A program made the position numbers and the translations under genes. Of a DNA stretch of 31,004 nt, positions 19,494-26,766 are shown piece by piece. Under the pieces are notes generated by a model, which was not told the DNA's origin, ran no database searches, and saw nothing but the letters and a program-made list of their open reading frames with translations. Positions within the stretch are counted from its first letter, which is position 1; each line of letters opens with the position of its first letter. The stretch covers positions 1 through 31,004 of the IMG/VR virus record IMGVR_UViG_3300025635_000113; one strand, given 5' to 3'. Source of the stretch: a virus. Taxonomy: Duplodnaviria > Caudoviricetes.

Positions 19494-21346
19494 TGGACCC
19501 AAATATCAGAGAATACCAAAAATATTTGATGATGCAGGGCGGTGGACGAAAGCCGGCTACTTCAATAGCTGATTATTCTAAATATTTTCCTTCCAAAGGT
19601 AACCCTTTATTAAAAACTGGTTTATCAATAGCGGGAGGTACACTAGGTGCTATTTTAGGTACGTTAGCTACTCCTGGTGCTGGTACTGCTGTAGGTGGTG
19701 CTATAGGTTCTGGGTTAGGTACAGCGTTAGGTCGTGCTTTAGGTGGGCAAGCTATAGGTGCAGAAGGCGGTGCTGGTGAAATAGGCTTGGATGCTCTATT
19801 AGGTGGTGCATTCAGTGGGTTTGGTAAAGCTGGAAAAGCCGCTAAAGCTGGACAAGCTGCTCTCAAAATAGGTGGCAAAGAACTTGGTATGCAAACTGCA
19901 AAGGAATTAGGTGAAGGCGCTGGTAAAGCTGTTGGTAAAGAAACACTAGAAAAAGCTGGTCAAAAAGGCTTAACTGGAGTTTTAGAAAGAACTGGTAGGG
20001 CAGGCACAATAGCTAGAACCTCTACTCTACCTACTGAAACAGCACAAGCTGGAATCGCAGATTTAACAAGAAGATATCCTTCATACTTTGCTGGCTCTGG
20101 TAAGAAAAAATTTATTAACGTAGATAGATTTATTGCTGATAAAACGACAGAAGTAGATAATTTGTTAGAAGGTATTACAAAAACAATACCTACTACACAA
20201 ATCAAAAGTGAATTTGCTAAGTATTCTAAAAATCTTGCGGGTGTTGAAAAAACACAATTCGATAATATAACTAAAACAATATTCAAACCATTGGCTAACA
20301 AAACAAAATTAAATGCTATAGAACTAAACGGCATACGCAGAGAAATTAATAAAAAGTTTCCTAGTATATTTACCAAACAAGCTAAGGGTGGTCAATTTAC
20401 TGGTGCAGAAATTGCCGCTGATGACATTAGGCAAATATTGGGTAAAAAAATAGATAGTTTAGGTGGTACTCAAGTACAATCTATAAATAAAGAAATAAGT
20501 CAGGCTTTACAAGCACGACCAGAATTTAAGAAGCTAAGCGAACAAGTATCAAGAGTACAAGTTCCATTTACAAATACTCCTTTACCAGGTGCAGAAACAG
20601 TTAGGCAAACCGTATCAGATATTATAGGTAGAACAGCTACTAAAGGTGCAGGTGCTGGTGGCGTTGCACCATTAACATTAAGAAACATACTTACTAGACA
20701 AGCAGTAGGACAGGGACTTAGTGAAGTTCTAACTGGCCAACCACAACAACCAGTAGAAACAGGTATGGAAGCAGGATTAGGTACTGATATGACTGATATG
20801 GGCGCTGGTACAATGGAAGACACTGGACAACAAGCACAAATAGATTCATACTTCCAAGGACTAGCGATACAAGACCTACAACAAACTGGTGGTAAGCGTC
20901 TAGCTGCTATTAAAGCTGCTTACGACCTATTTGGTGGTGGTAAAGCAGAAAAGAAATCAATCTCACAACAAAATGCTGAGCGTAAATTAAATCAAGCAAA
21001 TAAAGTTTTGGGTACACTTGAATCACAATTAACTGCTGCTGGTGGACCACAAGGATTAGCTGGCGCATTACCTGCTGGATTAGCTTCTTTACCTGTTGTA
21101 GGTGGAACTTTACAACCTAGAGTAAGGGCTTTCCAAGATTTAAGACAAGGTGCTGTTGCTCAGCTATCTAAAGCGCTAGGTGAATCTGGTGTTCTTACCG
21201 ACCAAGATATACAACGTGCATTAAACCTTGTACCAACTGTAACTGATTCACCAGAACAAGCTGCAATTAAATTCAGAGCTTTAAGGAACTTCTTATCAAC
21301 AGCCGATACAAGTTCAGTTGGAACTGACACAAGATTTAACTTCTAA
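19493..21346 (+). CDS. Putative DNA ejection protein with a glycine-zipper membrane segment
   Basis: GGTLGAILGTLATPGAGTAVGGAIGSGLG glycine zipper; long A/G/K-rich helical protein. Confidence 0.65.
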   Translation: MDPNIREYQKYLMMQGGGRKPATSIADYSKYFPSKGNPLLKTGLSIAGGTLGAILGTLATPGAGTAVGGAIGSGLGTALGRALGGQAIGAEGGAGEIGLDALLGGAFSGFGKAGKAAKAGQAALKIGGKELGMQTAKELGEGAGKAVGKETLEKAGQKGLTGVLERTGRAGTIARTSTLPTETAQAGIADLTRRYPSYFAGSGKKKFINVDRFIADKTTEVDNLLEGITKTIPTTQIKSEFAKYSKNLAGVEKTQFDNITKTIFKPLANKTKLNAIELNGIRREINKKFPSIFTKQAKGGQFTGAEIAADDIRQILGKKIDSLGGTQVQSINKEISQALQARPEFKKLSEQVSRVQVPFTNTPLPGAETVRQTVSDIIGRTATKGAGAGGVAPLTLRNILTRQAVGQGLSEVLTGQPQQPVETGMEAGLGTDMTDMGAGTMEDTGQQAQIDSYFQGLAIQDLQQTGGKRLAAIKAAYDLFGGGKAEKKSISQQNAERKLNQANKVLGTLESQLTAAGGPQGLAGALPAGLASLPVVGGTLQPRVRAFQDLRQGAVAQLSKALGESGVLTDQDIQRALNLVPTVTDSPEQAAIKFRALRNFLSTADTSSVGTDTRFNF

Positions 21347-21354
21347 CCATAGGG

Positions 21355-21360
21355 TATAAT
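21355..21360 (+). promoter_or_regulatory. -10 box TATAAT, 6 nt before ATG 21367
   Basis: GGTATAAT-TAAATT-ATG. Confidence 0.65.
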
Positions 21361-21366
21361 TAAATT

Positions 21367-22914
21367 ATGGGATTAATAAGCCTAACACTACCAAACGACG
21401 GTGAAACAGTTGACGCGGCAGACGTCAATACACCTTTTAATACATTATCCACAGTTATTAACGGTAACCTAGATAACGCCAACATCAAATCAGATGCAGC
21501 TATTGATGGTACCAAAATAGCTGATAACTCTATTCCTGCTACCAAGATGAAAAGTGGTGCTGAAGGATGGACTGGTCTTGCTAATACGCCCAACACTGTC
21601 ACTTACAATGGCAATAGAAATTACGACTTAGTTTTTAACTCTGTAGATATATCTAATACATTATCTCCAGGAATGAAAATTAGACTTCAACGTACAGTTG
21701 CTGCTCCATATAGATGTACTGATTTAGAATCAGGAAGTACACAATACTACTCAAAATCTTCACCAACTGGAGCTGCTCAGACAGATGATATAACTTGTAT
21801 GGCTTGGATAAAATTAGAAAGTTATACTGGTGGAGTTCAAATAATTATAGCAAGAGCTAATGGCTCTACTGATGGATGGAACTTTTATATTAATAGTAAT
21901 GGTCAGGTAATTTTAGGTGGAGCTAGAGCAGCAGATGACTTGGTAACATCTTATGCGACTGTGCCACTTAACAAATGGACTCACGTAGCTGCTTCAATAG
22001 ATATGTCTGGAACTTCAGGAAAAGTTTATATCGATGGAATTGAAGTGCCTTCAATTTATACTAATAATGCTAACTCAGCATTTGCTACTCCTACAGGGTC
22101 ATTAACTGTTGGAGCTCAATCTACTGGAACATATCCATTTGATGGAAAAATTGCTCAAGTTGCATTATTTAGTTCAGTATTATCGGCATCTACAATAAGA
22201 AGTTATGCTTCTCAAACACTTTCAGGTTCTGAATCTACGTTGGTATCTGCTTACTCATTTGATGGAGCAATAACCGACCTTAACACCACAAATGCTAATA
22301 ATCTAACTGCTAATAATAGTGCAGTAGCAACAGCAACAGATAGTCCATTTGCTAATGCCGTAAGTGCTGGACTTCAAGAATATGCTGAAATAAATACAGT
22401 AACATTCTCAACCAATACTACTGTAAATGTAAGAGTACCTGATACTTCAATGATACCTACATCTGGCGGCGTGTCTAATGTATATTATGCAGTTGGTGCA
22501 AATCCTTATGGATTGCCATATTTCAGTAATGTACTTGCTCAAGTTTATCTTTTAGCTGGGCAAGGTTCTATAAGTGGTGTAACTGACGTCTTAGGATTAA
22601 AAGCTACAGTATATGTCCCAACTAATGCTCAAATTAAAGTAACTGCCAAAGTAGGAATGACTGGTAGTGTTGCTAACTTAGGTACAGCGTTTATTTATGA
22701 AGATAGTTCAGAAATAATTGCAGAAAGAGCACCCTTAAATGCTACAGGTGGATGGGTTACTACTGTAAATCCTTCTATTGTTAGATATGTTTCATCTGGC
22801 AATCATACATACCAGGTTCGTGCTGAAGCAACGGCTGGTGGAGGTACGGTTAGTGTCAATGGTAATAATATATCACCTAGATATGGTTTGTACTTATTAG
22901 TGGAGTTGGTGTAA
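21367..22914 (+). CDS. Tail fibre / receptor-binding protein with LamG domain
   Basis: N-terminal anchor (DAADVN..F..INGNLD); LamG signature TCMAWIK...WTHVA...VYIDG...FDGKIAQVALF. Confidence 0.8.
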   Translation: MGLISLTLPNDGETVDAADVNTPFNTLSTVINGNLDNANIKSDAAIDGTKIADNSIPATKMKSGAEGWTGLANTPNTVTYNGNRNYDLVFNSVDISNTLSPGMKIRLQRTVAAPYRCTDLESGSTQYYSKSSPTGAAQTDDITCMAWIKLESYTGGVQIIIARANGSTDGWNFYINSNGQVILGGARAADDLVTSYATVPLNKWTHVAASIDMSGTSGKVYIDGIEVPSIYTNNANSAFATPTGSLTVGAQSTGTYPFDGKIAQVALFSSVLSASTIRSYASQTLSGSESTLVSAYSFDGAITDLNTTNANNLTANNSAVATATDSPFANAVSAGLQEYAEINTVTFSTNTTVNVRVPDTSMIPTSGGVSNVYYAVGANPYGLPYFSNVLAQVYLLAGQGSISGVTDVLGLKATVYVPTNAQIKVTAKVGMTGSVANLGTAFIYEDSSEIIAERAPLNATGGWVTTVNPSIVRYVSSGNHTYQVRAEATAGGGTVSVNGNNISPRYGLYLLVELV

Positions 22915-23153
22915 TGCCGGCTGTTAAGAAAGAAAACTACGACTTAGTACTCTACCGCTTAGAACAGATTGAGCGGAAACTTGACGTTATGAGCAAGAAT
23001 TACGTTACTAAAGACGAGTTTGAAGATTTCAAATCAGATGTGTATCACGAGCTTAAACGCAAAACTTTTTATAACGCAATTAACCCTATAATTGCATCAG
23101 TATCAACAGCAATTGTAACTTTTTTAATAATAGAATTTCTTAGGAGTAGGTAA
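22914..23153 (+). CDS. Small membrane protein preceding the endolysin (holin/hemolysin-like)
   Basis: N-terminal coiled coil, YVTKDEF, single C-terminal TM helix. Confidence 0.6.
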   Translation: MPAVKKENYDLVLYRLEQIERKLDVMSKNYVTKDEFEDFKSDVYHELKRKTFYNAINPIIASVSTAIVTFLIIEFLRSR

Positions 23154-23968
23154 TGGCTGATGTCGTTGATAGATTTTATGCTCGGACTAATGGTCAGCGT
23201 ATAAACTCTTGCGGTGGAATAATGGGCCAATGTGTGGCCGGTGTGCAGAGTTACACCAATGTTGAACTTGGCATAGGGGGTTGTCCTGCATTCCCAGTAG
23301 CAGGTGCTAAAGATATGTTTGGTACCAGAACAGACGCCTTTGATTGGGTACGCAACACACCAACTGGTGTGCCACCCAGAGGGGCTATCATGGTGTGGAA
23401 CGGTAATGTTGGTGGTGGCTGGGGACACACAGGCGTTGTGGTAACAGCCAATGTCAATAATTTCAATGCGTATCAACAGAATGACCCATACAGTTCTGGG
23501 ATGCACGTTAAGGCATACGATTATAATAATGTAATAGGTTGGGCCATACCGAAGGGCGGACAATTAAATCCACCTGCCCCTCCACAGCCCACACCTTCAG
23601 GAGGAGATATCATGGATACAAATAGTGGAAAAGAATTATATAGAACTGGACTGCATCGAGAAGCAGAAAGTGATACTGCTGCTAGCCAGTGGAATGGTTT
23701 GAGCGCAGGAGAGGCCCTTAAACGACTCCGTAGTGCTCCAGAGTGGCAAGGCACCGATGCCGCTATAAAAACCGCTCCTAGCCTACAACAGCAGGTCACA
23801 GAGCTAAACGCTAAGGTTAATGCATTAATGGTAGAGAACACCGCTCTTAAAAAGAAATGTGCTGACTTAGAGGCACAGCTTGCAGCAATGGGTGAAGACT
23901 CATCTAATTTGAACGCACTTGGCAAGCTACTTAAATGGTTTATTCAAAGACTCGGTTTCACAAAGTAG
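23153..23968 (+). CDS. Endolysin: CHAP catalytic domain plus C-terminal helical/coiled-coil domain
   Basis: GQCV catalytic Cys, GHTGVV catalytic His, QQN, and a Pro-rich linker. Confidence 0.88.
   Translation: MADVVDRFYARTNGQRINSCGGIMGQCVAGVQSYTNVELGIGGCPAFPVAGAKDMFGTRTDAFDWVRNTPTGVPPRGAIMVWNGNVGGGWGHTGVVVTANVNNFNAYQQNDPYSSGMHVKAYDYNNVIGWAIPKGGQLNPPAPPQPTPSGGDIMDTNSGKELYRTGLHREAESDTAASQWNGLSAGEALKRLRSAPEWQGTDAAIKTAPSLQQQVTELNAKVNALMVENTALKKKCADLEAQLAAMGEDSSNLNALGKLLKWFIQRLGFTK
23599..23614 (+). promoter_or_regulatory. Internal ribosome-binding site and in-frame ATG in the endolysin gene
   Basis: AGGAGG-AGATATC-ATG (ATG 23612, codon 154), directly after the linker. Confidence 0.7.
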
Positions 23969-24005
23969 TATAATTAAATATATAAATAATTATAGGAGGA
24001 ATGTT

Positions 24006-24218
24006 ATGGCAATGCGTAAAGCTGCTCGTAAACCATCTGCTGGTATGAGCGCAAAATCAAGAAGCGCAGTCGTGAAAAAGGCTGTTGCTGGTAAAGATAT
24101 TGGTAAAAAAGGCAAATCATTTGCTAAAGTTGCTGCCGCTGCCGGCGGTGGTATGAAAGGTCGCAGAATTGCTGCTGCTGCTATGTGGAAGAATCTAGCC
24201 AAGAAAGGAAAGAAATAA
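24006..24218 (+). CDS. Small Lys/Ala-rich basic protein
   Basis: AGGAGG SD, ATG 24006, 70 aa with only one acidic residue; TATAAT at 23969. Confidence 0.75.
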   Translation: MAMRKAARKPSAGMSAKSRSAVVKKAVAGKDIGKKGKSFAKVAAAAGGGMKGRRIAAAAMWKNLAKKGKK

Positions 24219-24397
24219 TGAAACAACTTATTAACTTCCTACAAGGCAAAAAAACTTACATTGTTATTGTTGTAGCTATCGTATTTAATACGTTAGTGCA
24301 ATTAGGTTACGTAGATGCAAGCTATGTTGAATACGTAAACATTGTACTTGCTGCACTTGGTTTGGGGGCACTTCGAGCAGGTGTATCAAAACAATGA
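24218..24397 (+). CDS. Putative holin (2 TM)
   Basis: MKQLINFLQGKKTYI followed by two hydrophobic helices ending LGLGALRAG; TAATG overlap. Confidence 0.7.
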   Translation: MKQLINFLQGKKTYIVIVVAIVFNTLVQLGYVDASYVEYVNIVLAALGLGALRAGVSKQ

Positions 24398-24489
24398 ATG
24401 AAAAAATAGAAGAAAAAACTGAAGATTTTTTGAGTGGAGTTTGTCCTATTAATCCCGATAACCTAGAGGATTGTCAGGCTTGCCAATAA
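24394..24489 (+). CDS. 31-aa acidic peptide ending CPINPDNLEDCQACQ (RNR alpha C-tail-like); not in ORF track
   Basis: ATGA overlap with the holin stop; translates as MNEKIEEKTEDFLSGVCPINPDNLEDCQACQ*. Confidence 0.7.
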   Translation: MNEKIEEKTEDFLSGVCPINPDNLEDCQACQ

Positions 24490-24586
24490 GCACAAGTTGT
24501 GTTAATATAACCGTGCACTTTTAGTGAGCTCCTATTGTTTTACACAACCCTTTCTGAACTCTCAATTTTCTGAATTTTCAGACTTT

Positions 24587-24613
24587 AAAAGCCCCGCCTC
24601 ACTGGGGCTTTTT
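24587..24613 (+). terminator. Intrinsic, probably bidirectional, terminator ending the late region
   Basis: AAAAGCCCC-GCCTCACT-GGGGCTTTTT. Confidence 0.85.
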
Positions 24614-24621
24614 GAGTATAT

Positions 24622-24648
24622 AAAAACCCCCGACCGAAGTCAGGGGTT
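24622..24648 (-). terminator. Intrinsic terminator for minus-strand genes, with a cUUCGg tetraloop
   Basis: Minus strand AACCCCTGAC-TTCG-GTCGGGGGTT-TTT, overlapping the stop codon at 24640. Confidence 0.85.
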
Positions 24649-25014
24649 AAACCACTCATCCTGTGGAACATAATCCATAAGATAAGCGAAGTAATCTACC
24701 CAAGCCTGTTCATTATCTGAAAGCTCATGATATGTTACGAAGTTCGGAAAGAACTCTTTGAAGGCGTCAAGTACCTCTTGGTGAGGAAGTCCCTCCATTT
24801 CAATGAATCCAAGCTCGTTGGCGACAGCCCAGTTGAGTTCCCATTCAAGATTATCAAGTAGGAAACATGCTTGGCGGTATTCGCAGTGGTCGCAGACTGT
24901 TTGGGCGATAGAATACCACAGATAATCTGGCCACCAGTATATGACAGTGTTTGCAGGAGTGTAATACACCCACTCGCCACAGTTTCGACACTTGATACGA
25001 TTCTGCTCATCCAT
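24640..25014 (-). CDS. Hypothetical Zn-ribbon protein (CxxC...CxxC), acidic
   Basis: GGAG SD before ATG 25014 (MDEQNRIKCRNCG...CDHC). The longer 25224 start in the track overlaps the upstream gene. Confidence 0.7.
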   Translation of the reverse strand: MDEQNRIKCRNCGEWVYYTPANTVIYWWPDYLWYSIAQTVCDHCEYRQACFLLDNLEWELNWAVANELGFIEMEGLPHQEVLDAFKEFFPNFVTYHELSDNEQAWVDYFAYLMDYVPQDEWFNP

Positions 25015-25024
25015 CACACTCCAT

Positions 25025-25243
25025 TCATCGATTACAGGAACATAGTCCCTTCTTGTGAAGATTGATAGCCTGCCACATATCCGAGACCTTTGGCTTACGA
25101 GGAGGCTCAGTGTAAATATGCAAAAGGCGATGAGCCATTTCGTCAATCCAAAGGATGTTACACGGAAGGTTCCGAAATTTCTTTTCCACCTCACTTTTGT
25201 AATCCTTTCGAGGCCACCATACATGGTGTCTGTTACGTCCCAT
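25025..25243 (-). CDS. Small His-rich HNH-like protein
   Basis: RHH...N......HRLLH pattern; AGGAGAGG SD upstream. Confidence 0.6.
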   Translation of the reverse strand: MGRNRHHVWWPRKDYKSEVEKKFRNLPCNILWIDEMAHRLLHIYTEPPRKPKVSDMWQAINLHKKGLCSCNR

Positions 25244-25264
25244 ACCTCTCCTTTAAAGGTGCGT

Positions 25265-25375
25265 TGGTCGAGCTGGGCAGAGTTGAACTGCCTTCTCCCT
25301 AGACTTCATGATAGCTTAGTCGGCACTGCCAACTATGCACAGATAGCCTGGGCGTGTTCGCTACACTACAGCCCG
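25265..25375 (-). tRNA. tRNA-like element (111 nt) with an expanded anticodon arm; possibly a CAT-anticodon tRNA with a 32-nt insertion
   Basis: Acceptor stem CGGGCTG/CAGCTCG + A + CCA; D-arm GTGT-AGCGA-ACAC; T-arm GGCAG-TTCAACT-CTGCC; lies entirely in an intergenic gap. Confidence 0.75.
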
Positions 25376-25400
25376 GTAATTGAGCAGTTTGACAGCATGC

Positions 25401-26687
25401 TCAGGCTGTGTAACGCTTGCCATTAAAGAGGGCTTGCTTCTTGCCACCCTTCTTGTCCATGTCCCAAATAAACACAGGGTGGAACTCGAAAGGCAGACCG
25501 GAGCTGTCCCAGTAAAACACACCAATCATCTGTTGCCAGTCTTCATGACGCAGGATGGGGTTGCCATCGTGGTCGGTCGAGCTGTTGTAGCCTGGCACAG
25601 TTCCATCGGTGCGACACAGACAACCGAGTGTCAGTGCGTAATTGTCCTTCTTACCCTGTCGGGTATTAGTGGACTTTCCGACCATCTCAAAGCGGTGAGT
25701 GTGTCCTGTAACGGTAGTGACTCGCTCATCATCTACGACTCGCTTTGCCACGGTACCACGTTGTCCAGTCCTGCGACCGTGAATGCACTTGATGTAATCC
25801 TGAACGTAATACTCCCCAGCAGGGTATCCAGGAATGTATTCTACACCAAGCTCATCCAGACACAATAGGAACGGCAGACTAAGGACAGGCCAAGACTCAG
25901 GGGCGTTAGCCCTACGGAGCTTGAACAGGTCCATGTGGTACTGGGTAACAGACTTCTGCAACCTGCGGTCGTGATTACCTTCCAAAACAACAATCTTGGC
26001 ATTCGGAGCGGCTGCTCGCTGTTGTGCCAAGTGCTGGTGTGCAAGGTCAATCGAAAGCTGCGTGGTCTGCTGGAACCGAAGCTCTTGCTCAAAGCGTGAG
26101 TAGCTAGGGAAGTCAATCATATCCCCCAGGTTGATAATCTGGGAAGGATTCACATCCCTAAGTATCTGCAGTGCGATATCAATGGCACGCTCATCGTGGA
26201 AAGGAATCTGCTGGTCAGGGAAAATGACCGCACAGTTCTTGACGGGCTGCTTGTTCTTAGACACTGGATTAGACACTCGTACAGGCTTTGCAGGCCGAAT
26301 TAGGGGTAGTTCGGGGTCTTGGGCCCACTGAGGGCTCAAAACGATGCTGGCACCCCTCAAATCGGTAATAACAGGCTCTCCGTCAGCGTCCTTGGACATT
26401 GACTGCCACTCGTTGACACGAATCTGCTTGACTTCACCGATATCGGCAGGGTCGATTCCTGAACGTGTCAGAAGTTCGTTGAGCCTACCAAGCCGTTCGG
26501 CTGCTTCCTTGGTAAGTGATGTCGGACCACCGCCACCGGTCTTAGCCAACTTCATGCTGTTTCGCCTTTTACGTACCGACTCCGAGTTAATTTCGTAACC
26601 CATAGCCGACAGGTTGGCAGCGATTTCACCGTCAGACAACGTTTGGTAGTTGTCCTTGATGTACTCGTTTACTTGCTTGGTGTTCAT
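25401..26687 (-). CDS. Calcineurin-like metallophosphoesterase with an N-terminal HTH-like region
   Basis: PDQQ, LGDMID, EGNHD, HG and GHTHR motifs; N-terminal LSDGEIA...SVRKRR helix-turn-helix. Confidence 0.88.
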   Translation of the reverse strand: MNTKQVNEYIKDNYQTLSDGEIAANLSAMGYEINSESVRKRRNSMKLAKTGGGGPTSLTKEAAERLGRLNELLTRSGIDPADIGEVKQIRVNEWQSMSKDADGEPVITDLRGASIVLSPQWAQDPELPLIRPAKPVRVSNPVSKNKQPVKNCAVIFPDQQIPFHDERAIDIALQILRDVNPSQIINLGDMIDFPSYSRFEQELRFQQTTQLSIDLAHQHLAQQRAAAPNAKIVVLEGNHDRRLQKSVTQYHMDLFKLRRANAPESWPVLSLPFLLCLDELGVEYIPGYPAGEYYVQDYIKCIHGRRTGQRGTVAKRVVDDERVTTVTGHTHRFEMVGKSTNTRQGKKDNYALTLGCLCRTDGTVPGYNSSTDHDGNPILRHEDWQQMIGVFYWDSSGLPFEFHPVFIWDMDKKGGKKQALFNGKRYTA

Positions 26688-26708
26688 ATTGCCCTCCTTT
26701 GGACAAAC

Positions 26709-26741
26709 AGAAGCACCCTCTTATTTTGAGAAGGTGCTTCT
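26709..26741. terminator. Stem-loop between the SLT gene and the phosphoesterase gene (terminator/attenuator-like)
   Basis: AGAAGCACC...GGTGCTTCT 9-bp arms with an inner CTC/GAG pair. Confidence 0.6.
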
Positions 26742-26766
26742 TTCGACATTTCTATTTTACCTTATT

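Noticed and set aside
19493-21346. Tape measure protein
   Set aside because: No tail tube, sheath or frameshifted chaperone genes are present. The adaptor plus nozzle context indicates a podoviral ejection protein.
322-24226. Numerous minus-strand ORFs in the late region (e.g. 14941..15468, 23069..23563, 19960..20376)
   Set aside because: They are antisense shadows of well-supported + strand genes, with no motifs or RBS.
25015-25224. N-terminal extension of the 194-aa ORF 24640..25224
   Set aside because: It overlaps the 72-aa gene in another frame; a good SD and ATG exist at 25014.
25265-25375. tmRNA or selenocysteine tRNA
   Set aside because: Too short for tmRNA, with no tag ORF and a D-stem present. 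No TCA anticodon or long variable arm for tRNA-Sec.
25055-25868. + strand ORFs 25055..25426, 25090..25302 and 25380..25868
   Set aside because: They are antisense to the phosphoesterase, tRNA-like element and HNH-like gene, and are expected by chance in a GC-richer segment.
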